Shown: piece by piece, positions 38,468-49,414 of the stretch | Layout: every line of letters begins with the position of its first letter | Numbering within the stretch: the first letter of the stretch is position 1 | Source of the DNA: Candidatus Bathyarchaeota archaeon | GTDB taxonomy: Archaea; Thermoproteota; Bathyarchaeia; 40CM-2-53-6 | Reading direction: 5' to 3' | NCBI GenBank assembly: GCA_963706285.1 | Contig: CAVPLU010000003.1 | Span: 152,808-216,807, forward strand | DNA length: 64,000 bases | Program-made: the position numbers and the translations under genes | The notes under the pieces: model-generated | The model's database searches: none | What the model was told of the DNA's origin: nothing | The model's input: the letters and a program-made list of their open reading frames with translations, nothing else

Positions 38468-39787
38468 CTAGACACTGGCAGCCTTTAAGGAGTCGTCGAA
38501 AATGTCAACTGCTCTGTCCGCATCTTCGCGAGTTATGACAAGTGGAGGCGCGAACCTGACCGCACTCACTCCTGCTCCTATGCAGAATAGTCCTTTCTTG
38601 AGCATGATTCCTAGAACCTTGTTCCGCAACTCAACAGCATACTCCTTTGTATCCTTGCTCTGGACGAGCTCGACGGCGATGGCAAGCCCCTTGCCTCTCA
38701 CATCGCCGATGTTCTTCTCATGTTCGGCCAAATCGGTAAGTCGCTTCAGGAGGTAGCCGCCAACTCTTTCAGCATTCTCAACGACCTTCTCCCTCTGCAT
38801 TACTTCGATCGTTTTGATTGCGGCCGCCGCGGCGACAGGGTTGCCGCCGAAGGTTGATCCGTGAGCTCCTTTCTTCCACTCATTCATCAGTTGTCTCTGG
38901 CCAAGTATGGCAGAAATGGGGAAGCCCGACCCTAACGCTTTGGCTATCGTCATTACTGCAGGTTCAATATTCCAGTGTTCAACAGCAAACCACTTGCCTG
39001 TTCTCCCAAGGCCAGTTTGGATCTCGTCAGCAATGAGGCTGATTTGCACGCTGGTCAAGAGTTTCTTAAGTCGCCGAACGTACTCGTCGGGCGGGATTAT
39101 GTAGCCCGGTTCTCCGGAGATCGGTTCCATCACAAGAGCGGCGATATCCTCTGAGTCAGCTATCATCTTGAGAACGTATTTCTCCACGTAAGTGAGACAC
39201 GCAATATCGCACTCTGGGTATCTGTTGCCCACAGGGCATCGGTAGCAGTATGGGTATGGAATGTGCAGAACATTACCTAGCGTGTACTGGAGATGCTTTC
39301 TGTATTTTGCGTCTGCAGCGGTTATGCTAAGTGCGCCGGTCGTCCGTCCATGGAAGCTTGGTACATAGGCGAGAATAAGCGGCTTTCGTGTCGAGTACCG
39401 GACTAGTTTGAGTGCTGCCTCAACCGCTTCCCCTCCAGAGTTCCCCAAGTACCCCATCCCGTCTTTGAGACAGGGAGGAGCGATTCGTTTCAGGCTCTTG
39501 ATCAGATCAACGTAGAGCTGATAGTACGCAGTGTGACTGCATACGTGTACAAAACGATCGATCTGTTCTTTTGCCGCAGCTATGACTTCAGGGTGACCGT
39601 GACCCAATGGAAGGGTTGCAATGCCTGAGGAAAAATCTGCTATCTTGTTACCGTCAACATCATAGATGTAAATGCCCTTGGCTCGACTTGGAACTGTGGA
39701 AACCGGATGCTTGGCCACGCATGGAGCTACATTCTGCTCCCAATCGCTAACAATCTTTGAGGCTTCAGGACCATATTGCTGACTCAT
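38468..39787 (-). CDS. Class III aminotransferase (GABA/ornithine-type)
   Basis: DVDGN, SGGEAVE, SFHGRT, MEPISGE, ADEIQTGLGRTG, IAKALG, STFGGNP. Confidence 0.92.
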   Translation of the reverse strand: MSQQYGPEASKIVSDWEQNVAPCVAKHPVSTVPSRAKGIYIYDVDGNKIADFSSGIATLPLGHGHPEVIAAAKEQIDRFVHVCSHTAYYQLYVDLIKSLKRIAPPCLKDGMGYLGNSGGEAVEAALKLVRYSTRKPLILAYVPSFHGRTTGALSITAADAKYRKHLQYTLGNVLHIPYPYCYRCPVGNRYPECDIACLTYVEKYVLKMIADSEDIAALVMEPISGEPGYIIPPDEYVRRLKKLLTSVQISLIADEIQTGLGRTGKWFAVEHWNIEPAVMTIAKALGSGFPISAILGQRQLMNEWKKGAHGSTFGGNPVAAAAAIKTIEVMQREKVVENAERVGGYLLKRLTDLAEHEKNIGDVRGKGLAIAVELVQSKDTKEYAVELRNKVLGIMLKKGLFCIGAGVSAVRFAPPLVITREDADRAVDIFDDSLKAASV

Positions 39788-40068
39788 GCTCCTGTCACGA
39801 CATCCTCGGAATACTCATGAAGCAGATATTTGTTTTCCCAAACCAGAACTTCACAGTGCGAACATTCCTGCCAGTTGAGCTTGCTTTCAAGCCGCATACT
39901 CGCGTTGGAGAAAGCAAACCGTTGTCAGGCTTCAATTCATTTCGTGGTGGCACTCCACTACGGCACCGATGCGCCACAACCCATTGAAACTTCCTGCAGC
40001 TACGAATTCACGTCTCGACACGCAGGGGAATTGCTCAATAGCATTAAGTAGCTGCGACTCACCTGACG

Positions 40069-41190
40069 ATGAATGATTCAACAATGAGGAAGATTCTTCC
40101 GGCACCCGGGAGATTTGTGATTGGCCTAGATGCAATTGACGAACTGGGAACCCATGTAAAGAATCTTGGCACTCGAGCATTCGTAATTGGTGGCAGAACA
40201 TCGCTCTCGAAGGTAGAAGTCAAGATTCAGAAGACGCTGGCGGAATGTGGCGTTGAGATTGTTGGAATTGAAAGAGGGTTGACGGGATGCACACACCAAA
40301 ACATCACCAGACTGACCCAGACGGCACAGAGCTGCAAACCTGATGTGTGCGTGGGTGTGGGCGGCGGTGTTGCTTCTGACACTTCAAAAGCAGTGGCATT
40401 CAAGCTTGGTTTGCCCATAGCTGTTGTCGGAACCACAGGCACGACCAATGCAGAGTCCAGCGCTTGTTCAGTCGTATACTCTGATAAACACGAGTTTCTT
40501 GAAGATCTGATTCTGCCTAGAAACCCCGATCTTGTTGTAATTGATACAAATATTCTGGTTGAGGCTGGAAAGAACACGCTCGAAAAGGGAATGGGTGATG
40601 CTCTCGCCGCGAAGTTCGAAGCCGAAGCTTGTCACACATCGCAATCATGCAACATCCACGGAGGACTTGGCACAAGCGCATCTCTGGCTGCAGCAAGACT
40701 TTGTTTTGAGAAACTGATGGCTTACGGTGCGGAAGCGAAACTGGGCGTTGATACCGGACTCGTGACACCTGCTGTAGAAGAAGCGATTGAAGCGGTGAAG
40801 CTACTCAGCGGGCTAGCATGGGAAGGTTCGGGAACCGCCGCCGCTCACGCGATGCATGACGGATTGACTCTAATCGAGTCGATCGCACCACCCCATCGTA
40901 TGCATGGAGAAATAGTTGCATTCTGCACTCTGACGCAGCTCATTCTTGAACATCGCCCGAAAGAAGATTTCCGTAACATAATTGACTGGTGTCATCAAGT
41001 TCAGCTCCCGATTACGCTCGAAATGCTTGGTAGTGCAGACGACAGGCAATTGTGGAAAGCCGCTGAGAAAGCATGTGACCCCAAAGATACAATGGGGAAC
41101 ATGCCATTCGAGGTGACGCCACGCATGGTTCACGACGCTTGGTTGATGACGGACTTGTTGGGCAGGAGATACCTCGAAGGCAAGCTCTGA
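40069..41190 (+). CDS. gldA: Glycerol dehydrogenase-like metal-dependent dehydrogenase
   Basis: GVGGG...DTSKA, NPDLVVIDT, GMGDALA, AAAHAMHDGLT, MHGEIVAF. Confidence 0.8.
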   Translation: MNDSTMRKILPAPGRFVIGLDAIDELGTHVKNLGTRAFVIGGRTSLSKVEVKIQKTLAECGVEIVGIERGLTGCTHQNITRLTQTAQSCKPDVCVGVGGGVASDTSKAVAFKLGLPIAVVGTTGTTNAESSACSVVYSDKHEFLEDLILPRNPDLVVIDTNILVEAGKNTLEKGMGDALAAKFEAEACHTSQSCNIHGGLGTSASLAAARLCFEKLMAYGAEAKLGVDTGLVTPAVEEAIEAVKLLSGLAWEGSGTAAAHAMHDGLTLIESIAPPHRMHGEIVAFCTLTQLILEHRPKEDFRNIIDWCHQVQLPITLEMLGSADDRQLWKAAEKACDPKDTMGNMPFEVTPRMVHDAWLMTDLLGRRYLEGKL

Positions 41191-41303
41191 CCTGGCCCCA
41201 AGATAGTTCCAGATTGCGCAAATCCCTGAGACTCATTTGGTCGCCTTGCCGAGCATAACCGCATGTTTCTTCTACTGGAAGCCTTACTCTATGTCGATCT
41301 CCT

Positions 41304-43166
41304 ATGAAGGCAGGACGAGCATATTGCGGAAGAATCCTGCGCGTCGATCTAACCAAAGCTCAGACTCGAGAAGAACCGCTGAATGAGGAATGGACTAGAA
41401 AGTTCATTGGCGGTAAAGGCCTAGGTATTCGATACCTGTATGATCTCGTGCGGCCCGAAACCGATCCCTTCTCCGCTGAAAATGTCGTTATTCTCATGGT
41501 CGGACCGCTCACAGGGACGATTGCCTCAACCATGTCACGTATGGCGAACATTACAAAGTCTCCTCAGACCGGAACATTGAGCGATAGCTACACAGGCGGT
41601 TACTTTCCAGCTGAGCTGAAATTTGCAGGATTTGACGGAATCATAGTGAGCGGCAAATCGCCAAAACCCGTCTATCTCTTCGTCCGGGATGGAAAAGGGG
41701 AACTCAGAGATGCAAGCCACCTTTGGGGCAAAGGCACATTCGAGACCACTGATACCATTGTCAAAGAATCAGGCGGCGACCCTAAGCACTACCTAGATGG
41801 TCCAAAAGTCGGCTGCATAGGTCCTGCAGGGGAGAACAAGGTTAGGTACGCGTCCATCGCCTATGATAAGCACCATTTTGCAGGAAGAGGCGGAACCGGT
41901 GCCGTCATGGGATCGAAGAACCTGAAGGCAATATGCGCTAGAGGAACAAAACACACCAAAGCACTTGGCATCAACTCTGAACCCGCCTTTCTCGAGATGG
42001 TTAAGGAAGTTACGAAAAAGAATGTTCGGGAGAATCCCGATCACGAGATGTCCATGAAAGAAGGAACACCGGGAATCGTAAACCTATCCCAAGCAGGAGG
42101 CCTCTTTCCGACAAGAAACTACCAAACCGGGGTCTTCGATCAAGCTGAGAAGCTAAACTCCAACGCGCTTGCCGACACCATATTGGTCAAGCATATGACA
42201 ACTTGCTTCAGTTGTGCGATAGGTTGCCGCAACGTGACCAAAGTAAGGGACGGCAAGTACGCGGGCCTCGAGGGTGAAGGCCCCGAGTATGAGACCCTAG
42301 CAACGTGCGGCTCAAACCTAGGCATTGGTGACATACGAGTTGTGATGAAGTTGAATGAGGAATGCTCAGACCTTGGCCTGGACTCCATATCTGCAGGGAA
42401 CGTTTGTGGTTGGGTCATGGAACTCTTCGAAAGAGGCATCATTACAAAGAAGGACACTGGCGGCATTGATGTAAGATTCGGAGACTCGGAAGGCGCTTTG
42501 GCACTACTACGGTTAATTGCGTTACGTAGAGGTTTCGGAGACACGCTCGCTGAAGGCGTATCCCTAGCGTCGAGAAAGATAGGAAAGAACTCAGAGAGAT
42601 ATGCTATGCATGTGAAGGGTCTCGAATATCCTGGTTATGAGCCTCGAGGAACGTTCTCGATGGCTCTTGCTTACGCTACCTCTGATAGAGGCGCTGATCA
42701 CAATCGCGCGTGGCCGGTTGCCTATGATGCATTCGGAAAATTGGATCCCTTCACGTTGCAGGGCAAGGCCGAACTCGTACAAACGGATCAGATACGTACA
42801 AGCGTCAAATGGAGCGCCACCATGTGCGATTTCCTCGCTGCAAATCTCGAACTCACCGCAAAACTCCTCAACGCCGCTTGCGAGACGGACTACACGGAAG
42901 AGACCATCAAGACAGTAGGAAAGCGCATCTGGACTCTAACTCGACTATTCAACAATAGGGAAGGCTTCTCGAGAAAGGACGATTCAATTCCACCACGAGT
43001 ATACCTTGATCCACTCCCAGAGGGCAATCCGAAAGGCAAGGTCGTCCCAGAAGCAGAATTCGAGAAAGCGCTCACGGAATACTACGGACTCTGGGGCTGG
43101 GATGATCAAGGAAGACCAACCAAAGCGACGCTTGAGGAGCTTGGACTCAGCGACTTGGCGCGCTGA
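41304..43166 (+). CDS. aor: Tungsten-dependent aldehyde:ferredoxin oxidoreductase family
   Basis: GRILRVDL, KSPQTG, IGPAGEN, GRGGTGAVMGSKNLKAI, CFSCAIGC, EYET, DLGLDS, HVKGLE. Confidence 0.92.
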   Translation: MKAGRAYCGRILRVDLTKAQTREEPLNEEWTRKFIGGKGLGIRYLYDLVRPETDPFSAENVVILMVGPLTGTIASTMSRMANITKSPQTGTLSDSYTGGYFPAELKFAGFDGIIVSGKSPKPVYLFVRDGKGELRDASHLWGKGTFETTDTIVKESGGDPKHYLDGPKVGCIGPAGENKVRYASIAYDKHHFAGRGGTGAVMGSKNLKAICARGTKHTKALGINSEPAFLEMVKEVTKKNVRENPDHEMSMKEGTPGIVNLSQAGGLFPTRNYQTGVFDQAEKLNSNALADTILVKHMTTCFSCAIGCRNVTKVRDGKYAGLEGEGPEYETLATCGSNLGIGDIRVVMKLNEECSDLGLDSISAGNVCGWVMELFERGIITKKDTGGIDVRFGDSEGALALLRLIALRRGFGDTLAEGVSLASRKIGKNSERYAMHVKGLEYPGYEPRGTFSMALAYATSDRGADHNRAWPVAYDAFGKLDPFTLQGKAELVQTDQIRTSVKWSATMCDFLAANLELTAKLLNAACETDYTEETIKTVGKRIWTLTRLFNNREGFSRKDDSIPPRVYLDPLPEGNPKGKVVPEAEFEKALTEYYGLWGWDDQGRPTKATLEELGLSDLAR

Positions 43167-43220
43167 CGGAAGAACGCAAGGACTCATGCATCACGTTTGG
43201 ACTGACCAAACGTATCGGCA

Positions 43221-44567
43221 ATGAATTATGCAGTTGACTTGAAGAGTCGTGGTATCCCAATGTCGAAAACCAATGAGATAATTCGAAAGCAAGCACAATA
43301 TGGCATCTCGACTCTGCCTGAAGGTCGCGAGCCCGCGGTCTTCGTGGAAGGGAAAGGACTTGTTCTCAGAGACCTGGAGGGAAAGGAGTACTTGGATTGT
43401 TTTGGGGGCTACTCAGCAACCAACCTAGGCCACTGTCACCCGAAAGTAGTGAAGGCAATCCAAGATCAGGCTGCGAAGTTGTGGCACGTTTCTTGGGACT
43501 ACTACTCTCTTCCACAGACAGAACTGGCAGAGAAACTTGCACAGATCTGCCCAGGAGGCTTGAAGCGAAGCCTATTCTCTAGCGCTGGAGCTGAGGCGGT
43601 TGAATTCGCTGTCAAGCTTGCGAAGAAATACTCTTCCGCCAAGGGTAGACTGGGTACGCACATAATCGCTCTAATGGGGTCGTTCCACGGAAGAACATCT
43701 GTCGCCGTCGCGCTGACAGGTCAGAGCAGAATAAAGATGGGTTTTGGAAACTACGTGGCGCCAGGCGTCGTCCACGCTCCGGCCCCCTACTGCTATCGAT
43801 GCTTCTTCGGTTTGACATATCCTGAGTGCGATCTTCGCTGTGCGAGGTACGTCTCGGACGTTATCAAGTATCAAACGCAGGGGGAGATAGCCGCGTTCAT
43901 TTCAGAACCCATCATGGGCGAGGGAGGAATTATTGTGCCTCCTGACGATTACCTCAAGGAGGTTCTTAAGATAACGCAGGAGTACAACGCCCTCTACATT
44001 GCGGATGAAATCCAGTCGGGTTTCGGCAGAACCGGGAAGTTCTTTGGCATCGAGTGGTATGGTGTAGACCCTGACATTATGGTGCTGGCCAAGGGGATAG
44101 CAAGTGGAGTTCCGATAGCAGCAACGGTGGCTACCAATGAGGTCGCTGATGCGTTTACCGCTGCGGATCACTCATCGACCTATGGAGGCAACGCTGTAAT
44201 GTGTGCGGCAGCTCTCGCAAACATCGAAGTAATGTTGGAAGAGAAGATCCCTGAGAATGCACTGAAGATCGGCGAATTCTTGCTCGACCGATTGCAGGAT
44301 CTCGCCAGCAGGCACAAGATAATTGGCGATGTAAGAGGAAGAGGTCTAATGATCGGGATCGAGATCGTGAGAGATCAGAAGACCAAAGAACCTGGTGTGG
44401 AAGAGTCAGAGAGAATCAGGGAAGAGATGAGGAAACGAGGCATATTGATTGGCAAAGGAGGCATGTCCAGAAGCGTGCTTCGGATTCAACCACCGCTCAT
44501 AATGACGGAACAGCAGGCACAGAGAGTCATAGACGCTTTAGACGCCTCGCTGCGATCGGTGGCTTGA
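43221..44567 (+). CDS. Class III aminotransferase
   Basis: GKEYLDC, LGHCHP, SFHGRT, SEPIMGEGG, ADEIQSGFGRTG, LAKGIA, STYGGN. Confidence 0.92.
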   Translation: MNYAVDLKSRGIPMSKTNEIIRKQAQYGISTLPEGREPAVFVEGKGLVLRDLEGKEYLDCFGGYSATNLGHCHPKVVKAIQDQAAKLWHVSWDYYSLPQTELAEKLAQICPGGLKRSLFSSAGAEAVEFAVKLAKKYSSAKGRLGTHIIALMGSFHGRTSVAVALTGQSRIKMGFGNYVAPGVVHAPAPYCYRCFFGLTYPECDLRCARYVSDVIKYQTQGEIAAFISEPIMGEGGIIVPPDDYLKEVLKITQEYNALYIADEIQSGFGRTGKFFGIEWYGVDPDIMVLAKGIASGVPIAATVATNEVADAFTAADHSSTYGGNAVMCAAALANIEVMLEEKIPENALKIGEFLLDRLQDLASRHKIIGDVRGRGLMIGIEIVRDQKTKEPGVEESERIREEMRKRGILIGKGGMSRSVLRIQPPLIMTEQQAQRVIDALDASLRSVA

Positions 44568-44869
44568 AGGCCAATCGACCACGCGCTCCCGATCGTGGAG
44601 CTCGACAGCAGTCTTGATCCGATTCTCTGGGTTTCGCGAAACTAGATCGCGGCAGAAATGTCGCTCTTGAGACTAAAGCACCCGCTTTCGCGCTGGTCCC
44701 TTTCATTGAGCTAGCAAGTCTACAACAACAGTTCACACACTACGATTAGCATTCTTCGAACTGGGCTATTCCTTCCGGATACTCAGCTCGCACGGGCTCA
44801 CGATATAGAATGCGGTTGCAGCACTAGGCGTAGTAAAAGGAAAGGAGAGGGGGCTGAGTCTAGGCTCCC

Positions 44870-46027
44870 TCAGTCAGGTGGGATTTCTTTGAACTGTACG
44901 TTCATCGGGATTTTTCCGATTCGTGTTCTGTAGAAGTAGTAGGCATAGAATATCACAACTGGAATGGCCATCAGGAGAACCACTGTTGCCAAGAAGGGCA
45001 CGAAGGAATACCATGCGTATCCGGCGATTGCCGGGAGGAAAGTTGCGTAAGCGATGAATCCGCCGACGATAGCGGTCATCCAACCCATGTGAACGATGAC
45101 TGGCAGCCCCAGCACCTTTCTGCGAACAACATCCGGCGATTTCTCGAAGACATCTTTTCTTCTGTAGGGAAATACTATCGCCGCTAGTCCCACCAGCACC
45201 CATCCAAGCGCCCAAACGCATGTCGTGTATCCAATGAGTCGAATATACTGCGGGAACCAGACATTGAGTGTCGTCCAGACCCATGCGCCGAATGTGGCAA
45301 TCACTATGGCTCCGACCGGTACTCCTTTCTTGTTGACTTTGTTTGCGAAGCTCGGGAAGACTCTGTCAAAACCCCACGCAAAAACCGCTCTTGTGCTGAA
45401 GTACAGGCCACCGAAACCGATAGCCCAGCTTGACATTGCATAGCAGTACGTGTAGATCGTGATCAGTAACGGATTGTTGCCAGCGATCGCAGTCTGGTAT
45501 GTCCACACGGGCTCGATAGGGAATGGGTTCTTTCCGATGCTATTTAGGTAGGCAGCGGCACTTGCGAACTGAGGGCCGCTAGGTCCCGCGTACTGGAAGG
45601 CGAACCAGTACTGAGGGAGCCAGTACAACGCCATCAGTCCAACCGAACCGAACAGCGCTAGGAAAGTGGACCTCTTGACCTCCTTCACTTCGCCTGCGAT
45701 AGTAGCTACTCCTTGGTTGCCCAAGGTGTTGAGCATAACGTAGGTGACTCCAGCGTAGACCGTAGGCAAGACGGCAAACTGGCCCACCCAGCCGTTTTCT
45801 TTGGCGAGAGTGATTACTGAGTCGTAGTTCACGCCCGTCATCTGCAGCATGTTGGTCTTGAAAAAGTCCAAGGAGGGCATGCTCAGCCATGATGCGGCCA
45901 TGGCGACGAGTCCGATTGTGGAGAATATCCAGACAACATACATTGTCCATATGCTTGCTTTCGTGCCTCTCCAAGCTATGAGCCCCATGACTGCTGTATG
46001 CAACGTTGCCAGGACCCACAGGACCAT
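44870..46027 (-). pseudogene. 5'-truncated APC permease paralog
   Basis: Closely similar to 33809-35401 from about residue 150 onward (SLDFFKTNMLQMTGV, YVMLNTLGNQ, FKEIPPD), but an in-frame stop lies 7 codons upstream and the N-terminal TMs are missing. Confidence 0.72.
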
Positions 46028-46254
46028 CTTGTCATTGTAAACGCTCTAGGCGCCTCGCTCCGATCAGTGGATTAAGACCAATCGCCCCCGCGCCCCCGAT
46101 CGTGAAGCTCCACAGCAATCTTGATCCGATTCTGGACTCCGCGAACTCCTACAACCTCCGCCAACCAAGTTGGATGAAGCTCTGTGTCTGCAGAGTCAGA
46201 ATTCTTATAGTTGGAATACCGCGTTTGTCTGAAATATCGAAGGAGTGTTCGGGA

Positions 46255-47412
46255 ATGTCGTTTGTGTTTCATTCACCAACGAGAATTGACTTCGGAGTCG
46301 ACAAGTCCAAGAAGATCGGCGACGAAATCAAGAAGATGAAGGCGACGAGAGCTCTCCTTGTAGCTGATCCAGGACTGCAAAAAACGGGTATCGTGGACGA
46401 AATTGTCAATCTGATGAAAGAGAAAGGCATCAGAACATTCGTTTTCACCGATGTCGTGCCGAATCCACGAGATACCGATTGCATCAAAGGTGCGAAACTG
46501 GCAAAGCAGAAGAAAGTTCAGGTTCTTGTGGGACTTGGCGGCGGCTCCCCGATGGACACTGCAAAGTGCATCGGAGTATTGATGACACATCGTGGCACGC
46601 CGGTTGACTGGGACGCGAACAAACGCCAGCTACAGAAGGACATCACGCCGCTGATCTGCATACCAACGACGAGCGGCACAGGAAGCGAAGTCACGTTTTG
46701 GGCCGTCATTACCGACACGAAACGGAAATTCAAGATGAGTCTGGGAGGCAGTTCGAAGCTTTCTCCAACACTAGCTCTGATAGATCCTAAGCTCACGGTG
46801 AAGATGCCTCCAGCTCTGACTGGAGCAACCGGAATGGATGCGCTTGTCCATGCGATCGAAGGCTACACTGCGCGTGTCGCCAATCCGATCTCAGATGCTC
46901 TCTCTGTCAGCGCGATTGACCTGATCTCTCGCAGCCTTCTCAAGGCCTACAGAAACGGTCAAGACATCGACGCTCGGACAGATATGATTCTTGCCAGCAC
47001 GATGGCAGGGCTTTCGTTCAGCAACTCTGATGTCGCCGGGGTGCATGCGATGGCAGAGGCTCTTGGCGGAGTCTACGACACGCCTCATGGTGTCGCCAAC
47101 GCAATATTCCTGCCACCGATCTTTGAAACGAACATTCCCTCAAACCCCGCCAAACATGCAAAGATCGCCGAGCTACTCGGTGTCGAGAGAGGTTCCAAGA
47201 GCGACCTAGAAGTTGCGAAAGAAGGCGCCACAAAGATACGACAACTGGCCAAGGAGCTTGGCACACCGACATTTCGATCATTGAACGTCGACAAGAAAGA
47301 TCTGCCCACTCTCGCTAAGTATGCAGATGAGAATGTCTGCTCGAGAAGCAACCCGGTCTCACTGACCTACGATGACTATCTACGACTCTTCGAGAAGACC
47401 CAGGCAGAATAG
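46255..47412 (+). CDS. Iron-containing alcohol dehydrogenase
   Basis: PTRIDFG, VPNP, GGGSPMD, PTTSGTGSE, GMDALVHAIE, VHAMAEALG...PHG. Confidence 0.92.
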   Translation: MSFVFHSPTRIDFGVDKSKKIGDEIKKMKATRALLVADPGLQKTGIVDEIVNLMKEKGIRTFVFTDVVPNPRDTDCIKGAKLAKQKKVQVLVGLGGGSPMDTAKCIGVLMTHRGTPVDWDANKRQLQKDITPLICIPTTSGTGSEVTFWAVITDTKRKFKMSLGGSSKLSPTLALIDPKLTVKMPPALTGATGMDALVHAIEGYTARVANPISDALSVSAIDLISRSLLKAYRNGQDIDARTDMILASTMAGLSFSNSDVAGVHAMAEALGGVYDTPHGVANAIFLPPIFETNIPSNPAKHAKIAELLGVERGSKSDLEVAKEGATKIRQLAKELGTPTFRSLNVDKKDLPTLAKYADENVCSRSNPVSLTYDDYLRLFEKTQAE

Positions 47413-47414
47413 CA

Positions 47415-47984
47415 TCAAGCCCTTCCCAGAGGGGTTTCGACTAGGACCTGATAGGTCCTACGGAATCCCGGTCTCTTGATGATTCGTATTCCAAGATAGT
47501 CGGTATTGTTCAGTTCCAGTGGGTACTTTGAAGCGTCAATCTTCGTTTCTGAGAAGTGACGTGATAACGAGCTTATCAGTTTCTGCACGAAGTCTTTGAT
47601 TATTGCCGTGTCTGCCGAGTGCCTACTACCGTTTTGTCGAAGATATGCGCTTATTCTTCTACTGGAGAGATGACTCATCACTCCGGATATTGCCAGCATG
47701 GTAAGTGAGCCGTATAGAGCACCATAGAAAAGCCACGGGTTTCTGACTCCCATCATTGTTGGCAGAAAGGTTGCAATCATTAGCATTGCGGCGACAACAA
47801 ATGTCGTAGACCTAGCATTCCAGATGGTTTCCAGACCTGGAATGGATCTGCCCGGCAGTCTCAATTCGATGCACCGATGGGGACACTTTTTTCCACGCAG
47901 AGAGCACATCTGATCCAAATTTCCGTTCAGATATTTCGTTCTCGAACGGTTCGAGGTTGCTGAAGACGAAATTGCGATATCCAT
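47415..47984 (-). CDS. Hypothetical membrane protein (2 TM)
   Basis: 189-aa ORF filling the gap, with two hydrophobic helices; no family recognised. Confidence 0.5.
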   Translation of the reverse strand: MDIAISSSATSNRSRTKYLNGNLDQMCSLRGKKCPHRCIELRLPGRSIPGLETIWNARSTTFVVAAMLMIATFLPTMMGVRNPWLFYGALYGSLTMLAISGVMSHLSSRRISAYLRQNGSRHSADTAIIKDFVQKLISSLSRHFSETKIDASKYPLELNNTDYLGIRIIKRPGFRRTYQVLVETPLGRA

Positions 47985-48127
47985 CAGTCACGGTCGCCAG
48001 CCTTTGCAGAGCCTCGACATTTGTGTCTCGATCCAACGAAAAGAAGCTGCGATTTGGAGGTTCACTCTTCAAATGGAATCACGGGCAATGACATGGGGAA
48101 GAGAAAAAGGGAGGGTATTTGAAGGGG

Positions 48128-49312
48128 TCAGGGGACGATGGCTGCTTTCAGAGCCTCTCCTCGTTCTGCTGCCAGAATGGCCTTCTCTGCCTGAGCCAAC
48201 GGGAATTCATGTGTCACAAGTTGTTCGAAGGGGAATCTGTCACGGTTATAGTATAGCATGTGAATGGCAGTCTCATAGTCGTATTCCGAATATCCATACG
48301 AGCCGTACAAGTTGATGTCTTTGCTGCACATTATGAACGGGTTGATGCTCGCAGCGCCCGTGTCGACGAAGTGGCCCACTTCAATGAAGGTGCCGCCGGG
48401 TCTGACCATTGCGAGGCCTTCGGGTACTGCAGCTGGTACGCCGGTCGCTTCCACGACTACATCAGGTCCCTGAGATTCGCGAATTAGTTTCTTAACGATC
48501 TCGATCCTCTCTTCTGGTTTTGTGATTTGTTCGATGTTTATTGTCTCGTCGACTCCGAACTTCTCTGCCAGTTTGAGTCTGTTTGCTGGGGCGCCCACCA
48601 TTATGATCTTCTTGGCGCCGCTGATCTTTGCGGCTGCTGCAGATAGTGTTCCAATGGCTCCTGCGCCCTGGATGACCACGGTCTTAGCAGGGCCGAAGCC
48701 CTCACCGATGGCGGGTATTCCTGGAGCGAATGCACGCTCGAATGCACGAGCTGCTGTCGTCATAGGCTCAACGAGCACGTTCAGTTTCGCAGACATGTCT
48801 TTCGGAAGCTTGTACATCCAAGCCTTCGGCTGATCGGCATACATGTACTCCGCCCACCCACCGTAGAGATAGGGTGGGTCTTTGCACTTCGCAGTGATCC
48901 CCCAAGTGAAGAAGTTCTGGCATAAGCCTCTTCGAGTGGTGAACCGGCAGAAGTAGCATTCTCCACAGGTGACAGTATTGAAAAGCGCTACACGATCTCC
49001 GACGTGCAGCTCTTGACCATGCGGTTCCAGTTTGTACGGATTCTTTCCCATCTCTGCGATTACGACAGAGAACTCGTGGCCCAGTATGATTGGGTACGGC
49101 AATGCTTTCTCTCGGCCACGGTAGTAATGAACGTCGGTTCCACAGACTCCAGCCATCTCAACTTTCAAGAGCATGTCCGTCGGTTTCACTTCGGGTTTCG
49201 GATATTCCCTGATTTCCATTTGTCCAGGAGAAGTGAGAACAGCTGCTTTCACATTCACCAAATCATCAGCACCGCCCTTCAGTACTGATTCAGTACTTAA
49301 AATATCGACCAC
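48128..49312 (-). CDS. Zinc-dependent medium-chain alcohol dehydrogenase (start probably TTG 49261)
   Basis: GVCGTD, LGHE, CGECYFC...C, QGAGAIG, VEATG. Confidence 0.9.
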   Translation of the reverse strand: MVDILSTESVLKGGADDLVNVKAAVLTSPGQMEIREYPKPEVKPTDMLLKVEMAGVCGTDVHYYRGREKALPYPIILGHEFSVVIAEMGKNPYKLEPHGQELHVGDRVALFNTVTCGECYFCRFTTRRGLCQNFFTWGITAKCKDPPYLYGGWAEYMYADQPKAWMYKLPKDMSAKLNVLVEPMTTAARAFERAFAPGIPAIGEGFGPAKTVVIQGAGAIGTLSAAAAKISGAKKIIMVGAPANRLKLAEKFGVDETINIEQITKPEERIEIVKKLIRESQGPDVVVEATGVPAAVPEGLAMVRPGGTFIEVGHFVDTGAASINPFIMCSKDINLYGSYGYSEYDYETAIHMLYYNRDRFPFEQLVTHEFPLAQAEKAILAAERGEALKAAIVP

Positions 49313-49414
49313 CCAGAGGAATGAAAGTACGGATCCGAGGAGTTCTTTCGGATTCGCGTGATTGACCGTGACGTGCCAAGCAGCCTTTTAGTCTGCATTT
49401 GGAGAGTACGAGGC

